IMG/VR virus record: IMGVR_UViG_3300034095_001474
Span: 64,001 to 128,000 of that record
Direction: 5' to 3' (one strand)
Origin: a virus
Lineage: Duplodnaviria; Caudoviricetes
Length of the DNA: 64,000 nt
In this document: piece by piece, positions 1 through 9,087 of the stretch
Layout: every line of letters starts with the position of its first letter
Position numbering within the stretch: position 1 is the stretch's first letter
Notes under the pieces: generated by a model
Told to the model about the DNA's origin: nothing
The model's input: the letters and a program-made list of their open reading frames with translations, nothing else
The model's database searches: none
Program-made: the position numbers and the translations under genes

Positions 1-204
1 GCCATTAACATCACAAGTATAATAGGTGATGCGATAGCACAAAATAACCCACCAATAATCAAATAACCACCTAGACTAAACAATTGCAATGTTGCAAATG
101 TATCAAAATCATATTCGTTGGCTGTGAAACTTTTGCCGTCAGACGTTTCACCTTTTATTACGTTTTTTGGAAAAATATTGAAACTCATAATTTTAGTTTT
201 AGTT

Positions 205-432
205 TTATTTGTCTTTAAATAATTCACTCAATGTTTTAACATCATAAATAATGCTTTTATTATTTTCTTCATCAATCAAAGGTAAGATACCTTTCATTAA
301 TTCATCTTTAGTTGCCCTTACATGGTCTTTGATACATTTTTCAATGTAACTCTCAATCAATATCCCTAAAGGATTGTTTTCGTCTCTTAACGATGATAAA
401 ATATCACTCGTCATTTCTTTTGCTGTCTTCAT
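205..432 (-). CDS. hypothetical protein
   Basis: ORF in co-oriented gene run. Confidence 0.6.
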   Translation of the reverse strand: MKTAKEMTSDILSSLRDENNPLGILIESYIEKCIKDHVRATKDELMKGILPLIDEENNKSIIYDVKTLSELFKDK

Positions 433-445
433 AACTCTTAGATTT

Positions 446-712
446 TTAATTATATTTAACTGTTACAATACCTTCTGTCATTAATCTCCAACTAACACAT
501 GTGTAAATTCTATTTTTAAATTCAAAATTAGCAACATAATCAATAGTATGTGGTTCTTTTTTAAAAGATTTTAATACGACTTCTTCTGCTTGTAAGCTAA
601 AATCACCCCATTCATTTTTAACTCTAAATTTAAAAATAAATTTATCATTTACATTTGGTATTAATTTATAACCACTATCAATCAATTCTGTTAAATTAAC
701 TATTCTTTTCAT
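446..712 (-). CDS. hypothetical protein
   Basis: ORF directly downstream of a consensus promoter. Confidence 0.65.
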   Translation of the reverse strand: MKRIVNLTELIDSGYKLIPNVNDKFIFKFRVKNEWGDFSLQAEEVVLKSFKKEPHTIDYVANFEFKNRIYTCVSWRLMTEGIVTVKYN

Positions 713-736
713 AACTCTTAGTTTTTAATTATAATA

Positions 737-768
737 CAAATGTAAGTAATTTCCTGGACTTGTGCAAA
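737..768 (-). promoter_or_regulatory. Bacteroidota-type sigma-A promoter
   Basis: minus strand TTTG-N20-TACATTTG. Confidence 0.75.
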
Positions 769-771
769 TTT

Positions 772-1053
772 TTATGCAACTTTTTTTGGTGTTTCTAAAA
801 ATTTACCAAACATATCACTTCTTTTAACTGCATAGATGCATGCTTCTGTGATTTCAATGTCTTTCATTATCTCATTACCATTATCACCCCATGCTTGATA
901 AAAGTAATCTCTAATATAACTTGCTGATATTGTTTTACCCATGCTCTCAAACATATCAATGACTTGTTTTTGAGATGATGCCATAATATAGTATTGAGTT
1001 CCTTTATCTGAACCAAATTGGCTCCAATAACTAAATTGTTTTAATTTTTTCAT
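772..1053 (-). CDS. hypothetical protein
   Basis: ORF between two identical promoters. Confidence 0.7.
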   Translation of the reverse strand: MKKLKQFSYWSQFGSDKGTQYYIMASSQKQVIDMFESMGKTISASYIRDYFYQAWGDNGNEIMKDIEITEACIYAVKRSDMFGKFLETPKKVA

Positions 1054-1078
1054 AATTCTTTTGTTTTTGATTATGATA

Positions 1079-1110
1079 CAAATGTAAGTAATTTCCTGGA
1101 CTTGTGCAAA
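1079..1110 (-). promoter_or_regulatory. Bacteroidota-type sigma-A promoter (identical copy of 737-768)
   Basis: TTTG-N20-TACATTTG inside a 38-bp exact repeat (734-771 = 1076-1113). Confidence 0.75.
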
Positions 1111-1121
1111 TTTATTTGCAA

Positions 1122-1775
1122 TTATTTTTTTCTTTTTAATATATCTTCCAATTGTCTTTCAGCAATCGTAATGACAGATACGATTTTTCTACAATCTTCA
1201 TCAGATAACAAACCAGCATCACCTAACATATCTTTGATACCTCTTGCTGATAAGTTGACATAGATATTCTTTAAATCGTTTACCTTTAACATAGCACGTT
1301 GTACTGGAGTTGCAGCACCTTGTCTTTTCACATCTTCAATTATTTTCTCTTTACCATATCTTCTTGGTAATTCTTTGCCAGTCTTTTCTTTTTTAACTAT
1401 TGTCTTTTTAGGTGTAACAACAACTGGTTTCACTGGTACTATAGAATCTTCCTCATTATCGATTTCCTCTTCTTGTTCAACCTCTATCTCCAATTCTTTA
1501 GTCTGGTTTATCTCGACACCTTTAGTGTCAGCAAATTGCAGATATTTATTAATTAATTCTTTTTTGGTTAGAATTAACTTTTCAAAGATAATAGCTAATA
1601 GTTCTTTTGTTCTATCATTCAACGTACCTTCTTCTGATAGTTTATACAATATATTAAAAGGTAGTTTAATATCATCTGTAAAGATTGCTTTCAAATCAGC
1701 ATCTTGTTCGATTACACCCAATGTAATTGTAGTGTTGTAATCCATTTCTTTTAATTTTGCTACTTCTATTGCCAT
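1122..1775 (-). CDS. hypothetical protein
   Basis: 217-aa ORF with acidic linker and upstream TACCTTTG. Confidence 0.75.
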   Translation of the reverse strand: MAIEVAKLKEMDYNTTITLGVIEQDADLKAIFTDDIKLPFNILYKLSEEGTLNDRTKELLAIIFEKLILTKKELINKYLQFADTKGVEINQTKELEIEVEQEEEIDNEEDSIVPVKPVVVTPKKTIVKKEKTGKELPRRYGKEKIIEDVKRQGAATPVQRAMLKVNDLKNIYVNLSARGIKDMLGDAGLLSDEDCRKIVSVITIAERQLEDILKRKK

Positions 1776-1845
1776 AATATTTAATTTTATATTACAAAGG
1801 TATAAAATTAATATTTAATTTCCAAATAAAAAAGTATAAAAAAAA

Positions 1846-1877
1846 TTTGTTTATTAAAAAAGTTATTCTTACCTTTG
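1846..1877 (+). promoter_or_regulatory. plus-strand sigma-A promoter
   Basis: TTTG(1846-49)-N20-TACCTTTG(1870-77). Confidence 0.6.
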
Positions 1878-1883
1878 CTAAAC

Positions 1884-1965
1884 TGAAAGCAACACAATAG
1901 AAAATTGTGTTGCTATCGCTATTGTATGTAAATCAAAAAACCCAGCTGGATGGCTGGGCTTTAAT
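1884..1965 (+). ncRNA. candidate small RNA
   Basis: promoter, then hairpin AGCAACACAAT/ATTGTGTTGCT, then terminator-like hairpin CCCAGC/GCTGGG; no ORF. Confidence 0.35.
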
Positions 1966-1983
1966 GTATTTATATGCTATTAA

Positions 1984-2295
1984 TTATTTTTTTGCAGTAT
2001 TGATTGCTTTTATAATCAATGCTCTCTCTTCATCATTGAATTGATAAAGACCACCTTCATCGTTGGATTTTCTTCTTAACTTTTTACTGAATAAAGATTC
2101 TGCGGTTTTATCACCCACTTCACCTAACCCAGCTAACTTCATAATATCAGCTTGCGATGGTGCACCTACACCTTTTAGAGCATTTCTAATTTCAGCGTAT
2201 TCAGCTTTTATTTGCTTACGTTTTGCTTTGTGGGTATTAGCCTCAAGTATCAATAAATTTTCTCGAATTAATTGTTTTATATTTTCCTTATTCAT
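1984..2295 (-). CDS. hypothetical protein
   Basis: ORF; start moved to MNKEN. Confidence 0.7.
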   Translation of the reverse strand: MNKENIKQLIRENLLILEANTHKAKRKQIKAEYAEIRNALKGVGAPSQADIMKLAGLGEVGDKTAESLFSKKLRRKSNDEGGLYQFNDEERALIIKAINTAKK

Positions 2296-2416
2296 ATTTA
2301 TTTCTTTTATTATAAATATGTGGAAAATCAATAAAATTCCTTAAATTATTAATAACATGTACACTAATGTGTACATGGTTTGTTAAGTAGTAATGTACTT
2401 AACAAACCATTAAACA

Positions 2417-3283
2417 TTATAATTGATTATATGCAATTTTGATTGCATCATTCTTGCTTAATTTAATAAGTGTTTTGTTTTTAATTTGTCTAACCATTTC
2501 ACGACTCATATCAACAATCTCACTAACCTCTTGCAAAGTTCTTGGTTCACTTCCATCCAAACCAAACAATAGAATCATAATATCTTTATCTTTCTCTCTC
2601 AAAGAATCTAAACTAGTCATCAATGTTTTTTTATTGTCCAAGTCACTTACCAAATGGTCTGTTGGTTTGAATGAGTTATCATCAGACAATAAATCCAATA
2701 GAGTTGATGTATCACCATCATCACCGCCAAATTGTTTATCCAATGAATCCATACGATATGTTGTCAACACATCGAAAAACTCAAACTCATCAGTTTCTAA
2801 TTCATGTGATAATTCTTCGATGTCAACATGATATCCATTCTTTTGTTCATGTTCAGAAATCAACCTTTCCAACTTAGCCAATGAACTTACTTTATTCGAT
2901 GGTAAACGTACCATACGATTGTATTTAGTGATATGTTCAATGATTAATTTCTTTATCCACCATACACCATATGATATAAACTTCACATTGTTGTCTGGAC
3001 TAAATCTTTCAGCAGCCATTATCAAACCTAAATTACCCTCGTTAACTAAATCAGACAATGGTGAATTAGTTGTAACATATTGTTTAGCTACAGTTACAAC
3101 AAATCTAAGATTTCTAGTTACTAATTCTTCTCTAGCTATTAAATCACCTTTGCTAGCTTTAATAGCACATTCTCTTTCTTCATCAGCTGTGAAAGGTGTG
3201 ATTTTAGAGATATCTTTAAGATATTTGTTAAATGATTCACTCTCTCTACTTGTAATACTAGAATTAATTCCGATTTGTTTCAT
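2417..3283 (-). CDS. RpoD/RpoS-like sigma-70 factor
   Basis: region 2 NLRFVVTVAKQY..DLVNEGNLGL..AAERF; region 4 RTLQEVSEIVDMSREMVRQI. Confidence 0.92.
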   Translation of the reverse strand: MKQIGINSSITSRESESFNKYLKDISKITPFTADEERECAIKASKGDLIAREELVTRNLRFVVTVAKQYVTTNSPLSDLVNEGNLGLIMAAERFSPDNNVKFISYGVWWIKKLIIEHITKYNRMVRLPSNKVSSLAKLERLISEHEQKNGYHVDIEELSHELETDEFEFFDVLTTYRMDSLDKQFGGDDGDTSTLLDLLSDDNSFKPTDHLVSDLDNKKTLMTSLDSLREKDKDIMILLFGLDGSEPRTLQEVSEIVDMSREMVRQIKNKTLIKLSKNDAIKIAYNQL

Positions 3284-3358
3284 AATAATTTTATTTTTAG
3301 TTAATTAAATAATTAATAGTTCAAAGGTAATGATAATATTTCAATTATCCAAATATTT

Positions 3359-3799
3359 TTAAATATTTCTTTCGATTTCTCTTTTTAAATCTTTTTCTTT
3401 AAGAGAATTTCTTTTGTCGTACAAATTCTTTCCCTTTGCCAACCCAATTTCTAATTTTAGGAAGCCAGTGTTAGTTAATATAACCTCTAAAGGTATAATA
3501 GTCAACCCTTTTTGTGAAATATTTTCTCTTAATTTGATAATTTCTTTCTTCTTCATAAGAAGTTTTCTATCCCTAGTTGGATTGTGGTTATTGTATTTAC
3601 CACCTTCTTTATGTTCAGTTACATGCATACCTTTTATGAAGATTTCATCATTGACAATAAAACAATAAGCTTCAACAATAGAAACCTTTCCAGCTCTGAT
3701 AGATTTAACTTCAGAACCTTGCAATTTAATACCAGCAGTATACTTATCAAGTATTTGATACTCAAAATATGCTTTCTTATTTTTTGTTATTGATGTCAT
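3359..3799 (-). CDS. smpB: SsrA-binding protein SmpB
   Basis: NKKAYFEY..AGIKLQGSEVKSIR..PTRDRKLL..GKNLYDKR. Confidence 0.95.
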   Translation of the reverse strand: MTSITKNKKAYFEYQILDKYTAGIKLQGSEVKSIRAGKVSIVEAYCFIVNDEIFIKGMHVTEHKEGGKYNNHNPTRDRKLLMKKKEIIKLRENISQKGLTIIPLEVILTNTGFLKLEIGLAKGKNLYDKRNSLKEKDLKREIERNI

Positions 3800-3962
3800 C
3801 GTTCCATTTTTTAATTTGAATTAATTCTTTTTCTTTGTCTCTCACATAAGCAGCAGCTTCATATTGTTGTAGATATAACGCTACTATCTTTAATGCACGT
3901 AATACATCAGCACTCTTTTGACCTTTATTAATTAGATGTTCCAATGCTTCTTTTGTTTCCAT
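3777..3962 (-). CDS. small protein with UVR-like motif
   Basis: YEAAAYVRD motif; start trimmed to METKE. Confidence 0.45.
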   Translation of the reverse strand: METKEALEHLINKGQKSADVLRALKIVALYLQQYEAAAYVRDKEKELIQIKKWNDDINNKK

Positions 3963-3966
3963 AAGT

Positions 3967-4200
3967 TTAGTTTTTAGATTTTGGCCACATACCTTCACAT
4001 GGTGCATCACACCATCTAACTGTTCTGGCAACGATAACGTTTGTGGTGTGTATTTCACAACCATCTTCCATAAGTTTAGCAAATTCTCGGCTAGTTGCTC
4101 TGTTAATATATTTACTGACAGCAACCTTTACTGCACCACCACATTTAGAACATGTAGCTAGTTGCACTTTTACCAATCTTAAATCTTCTCCCTCTGCCAT
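3967..4200 (-). CDS. small Cys-containing protein
   Basis: CSKC and CDAPC; start MAEGE just after a TACATTTG promoter. Confidence 0.6.
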   Translation of the reverse strand: MAEGEDLRLVKVQLATCSKCGGAVKVAVSKYINRATSREFAKLMEDGCEIHTTNVIVARTVRWCDAPCEGMWPKSKN

Positions 4201-4237
4201 AATACAAATGTAAACATAATAAATTAATAAACCTAAT

Positions 4238-4936
4238 TTATTTTGATGATTTTGCGATATTATTTTCAATAATCAAGTATTCACCAGTAACACCCAACGT
4301 ATCAATCCCAATCATTCTATCAGTAATCGTTAGTTCTTTGAGTGTACTATGACCAACCACAAATGTATAGTCATCCAAACCATCTTGAAACAATGAAGGT
4401 AGTCTAACCCATAACGGAGATTGGGTGATATCATCACCACTTTGACTATAGTTATGACCCATCTGGAAATAGAAAGGCATTTTATTACTATAAAATAAAT
4501 CATTGATTGAATCTTGCAGCTTGTTTGGTAATCTGTTTACGTTATATGTAAGACACCATGTATTTGTAACACCAGCATGCGTAAATACATACTTATCGTG
4601 TACAAAACACATCTGCAAAGACTTATCAGATAGAGCATCTTCCAATATTTCGTTTATTTCTTTTACATTATGGTATTGGAAATTAGAATACGTCTCATTT
4701 ACACCATTCATATAGTGGAAATCATGATTACCTATAATAAGAACTACCTTATCTGGGTTACTACGTTTGAATTCTAGTATCTCTTTGAAGTTTGATACTT
4801 GGTCTTCTGGTGAAATACGTTCACGACTATCAAAATAGTCACCATTAAACACTATTTTATCAGCATCTGTTTCTTTTGATACAATATCTTTCCATATTGT
4901 ACGACCATGTGTATCACCTAGTGCTATTATTTTCAT
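4238..4936 (-). CDS. calcineurin-like metallophosphoesterase
   Basis: GDTHG, GDYFD, GNHD, HAG, GHS motifs. Confidence 0.9.
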   Translation of the reverse strand: MKIIALGDTHGRTIWKDIVSKETDADKIVFNGDYFDSRERISPEDQVSNFKEILEFKRSNPDKVVLIIGNHDFHYMNGVNETYSNFQYHNVKEINEILEDALSDKSLQMCFVHDKYVFTHAGVTNTWCLTYNVNRLPNKLQDSINDLFYSNKMPFYFQMGHNYSQSGDDITQSPLWVRLPSLFQDGLDDYTFVVGHSTLKELTITDRMIGIDTLGVTGEYLIIENNIAKSSK

Positions 4937-4937
4937 A

Positions 4938-5135
4938 TTATTTAGTATAAGTCTTTGTTATATCCCTCTCATTAAACGTTTTTTCCAGTTCAATACAATC
5001 AGTTACTGGTTTCCATTCGTTTCTACGAAATATTTCCCATGTAATTGCATTGATTCTTCTATATACGTTATAGTTTTCCTTATCATTTATATAAATGATG
5101 CTGTAATTATGTTCTTCAACCTTCAATAATTTCAT
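4938..5135 (-). CDS. hypothetical protein
   Basis: tightly packed ORF. Confidence 0.55.
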   Translation of the reverse strand: MKLLKVEEHNYSIIYINDKENYNVYRRINAITWEIFRRNEWKPVTDCIELEKTFNERDITKTYTK

Positions 5136-6183
5136 TTTCTTTATTTAATATATTAAAAATCTCGTCATTACTATGTTTAGCTGTCAATGATTTAACAAAA
5201 AACACTCTATCTGTTGTCATATTCTCAGTCATTTCAGCCAATTCTATGTCACCATCTAGTATATCTAATCTATTTTCATAGTTAGGACCAGTTATTTCAG
5301 TAACAAACTTCATTCTTGATGGTCTATCTTTAATAGAAGCATCGATTTTATCAATATCATTGCATGTCATGAAGAAAACTACTTGGTTATACTCATTATA
5401 AACACCATCCAACACACTCAATAATGAATCAAACGTGAATTTAACCTCATTGTTCTTCATTATACACTCTCTTTTATTGAAATAGTTATCGAAATCCTCA
5501 AACAATACAATACATTTCTCTGGAATATCATTAAACATCACTAGTATGTCCAAGTTATTATACTCTGGGTTCAAGAATATAGAGTATATAGGTAGATTAT
5601 ACTTCAAAGAGAAGTATTTTACTAGCCTAGTCTTACCAGTACCTGGTTTTCCATATAGCAGTGCACTTGTTTTACCTTTGCCAGTACCCAATATGTTTAC
5701 TATATCTTCTTCTATATGCTCATATTGGTCCTTGTTTATATATACCTTGGGTTTTTCACTAGTAGAAAGTTGTCCTAGCTTATCAGAACCCCATGGTGCC
5801 AATGCCATTACGTTTACATATTCTTTGGCATTTACTATATTACCAATGAAAGACTTTATTCTTTCACGATGCCATCTGAAATAATACAACTCAGATATAG
5901 TTTCTTTTGATTGCCAACCAGCGGTAAGTAATCTTTCACTTCTAGTAAAATAAACTATAGTACCATTAAGCATAGCAAATGAAGAGTAAGTTGATGGATA
6001 CTTTTTATTCACACTTATTTCATTATTAATCTCAAACTTATACTTCGCATTAATTATAGCTGGAATCAAACTCTTGCTCAAGTTATCATCCAATCTCATA
6101 CTTTGCGATATAATATACTTTAGAAAAGCCCATATTGACACTAGCAATCCACCAATAATTCCAATTAAACTCCAAACTCCCAT
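5116..6183 (-). CDS. membrane-anchored AAA+ ATPase
   Basis: N-terminal TM, Walker A GKPGTGKT, Walker B VLFEDFD, RPSR arginine finger. Confidence 0.88.
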   Translation of the reverse strand: MGVWSLIGIIGGLLVSIWAFLKYIISQSMRLDDNLSKSLIPAIINAKYKFEINNEISVNKKYPSTYSSFAMLNGTIVYFTRSERLLTAGWQSKETISELYYFRWHRERIKSFIGNIVNAKEYVNVMALAPWGSDKLGQLSTSEKPKVYINKDQYEHIEEDIVNILGTGKGKTSALLYGKPGTGKTRLVKYFSLKYNLPIYSIFLNPEYNNLDILVMFNDIPEKCIVLFEDFDNYFNKRECIMKNNEVKFTFDSLLSVLDGVYNEYNQVVFFMTCNDIDKIDASIKDRPSRMKFVTEITGPNYENRLDILDGDIELAEMTENMTTDRVFFVKSLTAKHSNDEIFNILNKENEIIEG

Positions 6184-6207
6184 AATTATAAATTTTATGT
6201 ATTACTT

Positions 6208-6396
6208 TTATTTATCTTCTTTCTCTTTTAACTCTTTTATTTCTAAATGAGCTCCCAATGCACCAGCCGATAATCCAGCCGCTATCAACCAAACAAACCC
6301 TACATCACCATGACCATCACTATATGCAAAGTATGCGTTAAAAAAACAAGAAAGACTTCCTAAGAAATATACCCAAATTGAAATTTTATTTTTCAT
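6208..6396 (-). CDS. small membrane protein
   Basis: two hydrophobic segments. Confidence 0.55.
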   Translation of the reverse strand: MKNKISIWVYFLGSLSCFFNAYFAYSDGHGDVGFVWLIAAGLSAGALGAHLEIKELKEKEDK

Positions 6397-6397
6397 C

Positions 6398-6595
6398 TTA
6401 ATCAAATTTATATACATAAACGGTATCAACGGTCTTTCCGTCTGTTACCAACTTTATTTGTGGTTTTATGGGTTCGGATACTTCGAATGTATCATCGATA
6501 AATACATAATCAATAAGATTATACAATCCTACCATAAGCAATAAACCAAATGATACCAACCCCAAAATCAGTGCTGTTCCTATTCCTTCACCCAT
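6398..6595 (-). CDS. small membrane protein
   Basis: N-terminal TM, coupled to neighbours. Confidence 0.6.
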   Translation of the reverse strand: MGEGIGTALILGLVSFGLLLMVGLYNLIDYVFIDDTFEVSEPIKPQIKLVTDGKTVDTVYVYKFD

Positions 6596-6825
6596 TATTC
6601 TTTAGTTACGTTTCTGAACATTAAATAATGCACCAATAATGCGATAAAACTACCAGCAGCTGCAAAAGCACCTAAAAATATAAATATTCCATCTCCTTCA
6701 ACAGAATCTTGGATTATACTTGGCAATGAAGTCCAAAATGCAATATTAATAACTCCACTGAATATAAACCCACCTAAGTAGATTAAATTCTCTTTTCTCT
6801 TATTTACTTTAAATCTATCTTCCAT
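6595..6825 (-). CDS. small membrane protein
   Basis: two TM segments. Confidence 0.6.
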   Translation of the reverse strand: MEDRFKVNKRKENLIYLGGFIFSGVINIAFWTSLPSIIQDSVEGDGIFIFLGAFAAAGSFIALLVHYLMFRNVTKE

Positions 6826-6830
6826 AATTA

Positions 6831-7184
6831 TTATTTTTTATTAAAATATTTATCAACTCTTACCATTACAAAACCGTATGTAATAGCCAACGCCAACGAA
6901 CCCAACAACCAGATTGGACTATTAGTGATTGCAGCAATTATTGATGGTACTACAATGATAGTCAATAATGCTGTAATAACAACAACATTGAAAGGTTTCT
7001 TTTCTGTTCTCTCTACCCACACAAGACGTTCCAACGCATCTTCCATATCTTTACCATACGCTGGCATTACGTTTGTTGTACCATCTAACTCTAGGATAGT
7101 GAATTGATATTTAAAATACCCAGGTGATGTCTTGCTCTCACCAATTAATTTTGCATCAATTGCTTTTCTTCTGTCTTTACTCAT
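6831..7184 (-). CDS. membrane protein
   Basis: two C-terminal TM segments. Confidence 0.65.
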   Translation of the reverse strand: MSKDRRKAIDAKLIGESKTSPGYFKYQFTILELDGTTNVMPAYGKDMEDALERLVWVERTEKKPFNVVVITALLTIIVVPSIIAAITNSPIWLLGSLALAITYGFVMVRVDKYFNKK

Positions 7185-7420
7185 CTTATTATTCTTTTAT
7201 AGTTTTTATTTTTACTTTTCCTTTTTCTATTCTTTGGACTCGCAGCTTTTCTAGTTTTAATCATGGCTTTCTTCATTCTAGCATCTTCTTTATGAACAAT
7301 CTTCATTCTAAGGTCTCTAGATTCATTATGTGTTCTACCTTGATTATAATTAGGACCCACTATGTGAGGGGTACATGTTGCTAATACTAAGAAACACATC
7401 ACTAAGATAAAATTACTCAT
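7181..7420 (-). CDS. basic putative lipoprotein
   Basis: hydrophobic leader ending LATC; Lys/Arg-rich tail. Confidence 0.55.
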   Translation of the reverse strand: MSNFILVMCFLVLATCTPHIVGPNYNQGRTHNESRDLRMKIVHKEDARMKKAMIKTRKAASPKNRKRKSKNKNYKRIIR

Positions 7421-7435
7421 ATTTTTATCTATTTT

Positions 7436-7678
7436 TTAACAACGCATAATACCATCTTTATCTGTATCCAAATATGAACTTGGGAAACTAGGTTTAGGTT
7501 TATGTATTTCATTTAATATTTGTTGATGTTTATCATCACCCATAGATGGGTCAATCTCATGTTTGAACACCAAAGCTAAATGACTCTTTATCATTTCTGT
7601 TTGTGCAATGGTAATTTCAATTGGGTCTGCTACTTCAAAGAAGCCTTGCAGCCAAAATGCAAAATCTCTACTTGTCAT
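7436..7678 (-). CDS. hypothetical protein
   Basis: ORF beginning MTSRDFAFWLQGFFE. Confidence 0.7.
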   Translation of the reverse strand: MTSRDFAFWLQGFFEVADPIEITIAQTEMIKSHLALVFKHEIDPSMGDDKHQQILNEIHKPKPSFPSSYLDTDKDGIMRC

Positions 7679-7844
7679 AATTATTGTTTTATATAGTTTT
7701 CATTTGAATCCAACACATACTCAATTAGAGTACCGCCATTTTTTAATATCAAAGTTGGTTTTTTTATGTATGGACCTAAAAATTGTTCACCTCTATCAAC
7801 GTAGTATAGTTTTTTAGGTAATTGATATTGATATTGTCCTCTCA

Positions 7845-8123
7845 TTATTGTTTTTTACCGTAAATAAACTCTTCTATCATTTCAATGCTAGGTCTCATAC
7901 CTTCACTATACGTTGGATAGTCAAATACTTCACCTTCTGAATTGGTTAGCTTACTATAACCGTTTACAAAGTCAACAATTTCAGATTCAACCAAAACATC
8001 AATGGTTTTTTTAAATTCATCTACCATATAAAACTCGTCAACATTTTTATATGCTGTTAATATGTTACCTTCTGAGTTCAACAACACAAGAGTAGGTAAT
8101 TTTTTTAATTCTTTAATTTTCAT
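7845..8123 (-). CDS. hypothetical protein
   Basis: ORF in run. Confidence 0.6.
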   Translation of the reverse strand: MKIKELKKLPTLVLLNSEGNILTAYKNVDEFYMVDEFKKTIDVLVESEIVDFVNGYSKLTNSEGEVFDYPTYSEGMRPSIEMIEEFIYGKKQ

Positions 8124-8127
8124 ATTT

Positions 8128-8388
8128 TTATTTTTTTAGTTCTAAAAATGTTATCACCACGATAGCCCCCAATAAATATCCTAATCCAGATATTAACGCC
8201 ATTTTAAATCTTTCATTCCAAGTTTTACTTTCAACCATATACCCAACAAAAGGTAAACCTAAAAATGGTCCAATAAAAGCAAAAAATAACATTCCAGAAT
8301 AATTTTTATCTGCTACTGATGTTATGTAAAAAGTGCTGGCTATTTCAATAATAAATGTTGATATACCGATAACAAAATATTTTTTCAT
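8128..8388 (-). CDS. small membrane protein
   Basis: three hydrophobic segments. Confidence 0.65.
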   Translation of the reverse strand: MKKYFVIGISTFIIEIASTFYITSVADKNYSGMLFFAFIGPFLGLPFVGYMVESKTWNERFKMALISGLGYLLGAIVVITFLELKK

Positions 8389-8400
8389 ATCACAAATGTA

Positions 8401-9087
8401 CTACTTTTTTGTTATATATCCAAGTTCTAACGAAGAAATATTTTCATATTCCATAGTAATTGGTTTATTTTGCATCTCATATCGTCTATTCAACACACTA
8501 GCATTCAAAAATAATTGACCATCAGCAAACTCATGACTACCATATGCCTCGTGGATATGTCCACATGAATGAATCTTTAAATCTGTGAACTCTGGTAGTT
8601 TGGCTCTCAAAAACTCACAACCAGTTCTATCACCTTCTACTGTCATATCCAAATAACCGAATATAGGACCATGTGTTATTAGAATATTTGTATCTAAAGG
8701 TATCTTATCCCAATGCTCATTGATAGTTTCACCTATTCGATTAAAAGCCCAATTATGGAAGTATGGTTGTACTGGACTACCCCATATCTTTATACCCTCT
8801 ATCTCTACCCCACTATCATTTAGGTATGTAATCTCTGGATACATTGCCATCTTAGCAGCAACTATGTGTTTTGATGAAGTCTCAAAGAAGAAATCATGAT
8901 TTCCAGCTATAAGAATTTTATGTGTATATGGTAATTTACTATACCAATTCAAGAAAGCATCGATTTCATACTCCATACCTCTAGATGAAACATCACCAGA
9001 GTGTATAATTACATCACCACCTTGTAAATAATCGGTAGGAATTAGATTATGCTTATTATGTGTGTCACTTAGAAATGTTAAATTCAT
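8401..9087 (-). CDS. metallophosphoesterase (MPPED-like)
   Basis: SDTH, HSGD, AGNHD, THGP, GHIHE. Confidence 0.9.
   Translation of the reverse strand: MNLTFLSDTHNKHNLIPTDYLQGGDVIIHSGDVSSRGMEYEIDAFLNWYSKLPYTHKILIAGNHDFFFETSSKHIVAAKMAMYPEITYLNDSGVEIEGIKIWGSPVQPYFHNWAFNRIGETINEHWDKIPLDTNILITHGPIFGYLDMTVEGDRTGCEFLRAKLPEFTDLKIHSCGHIHEAYGSHEFADGQLFLNASVLNRRYEMQNKPITMEYENISSLELGYITKK

Noticed and set aside
7680-7845. Possible frameshifted small gene at an A7 run
   Set aside because: Cannot distinguish slippage, homopolymer error or a short ORF without reads or homologs.
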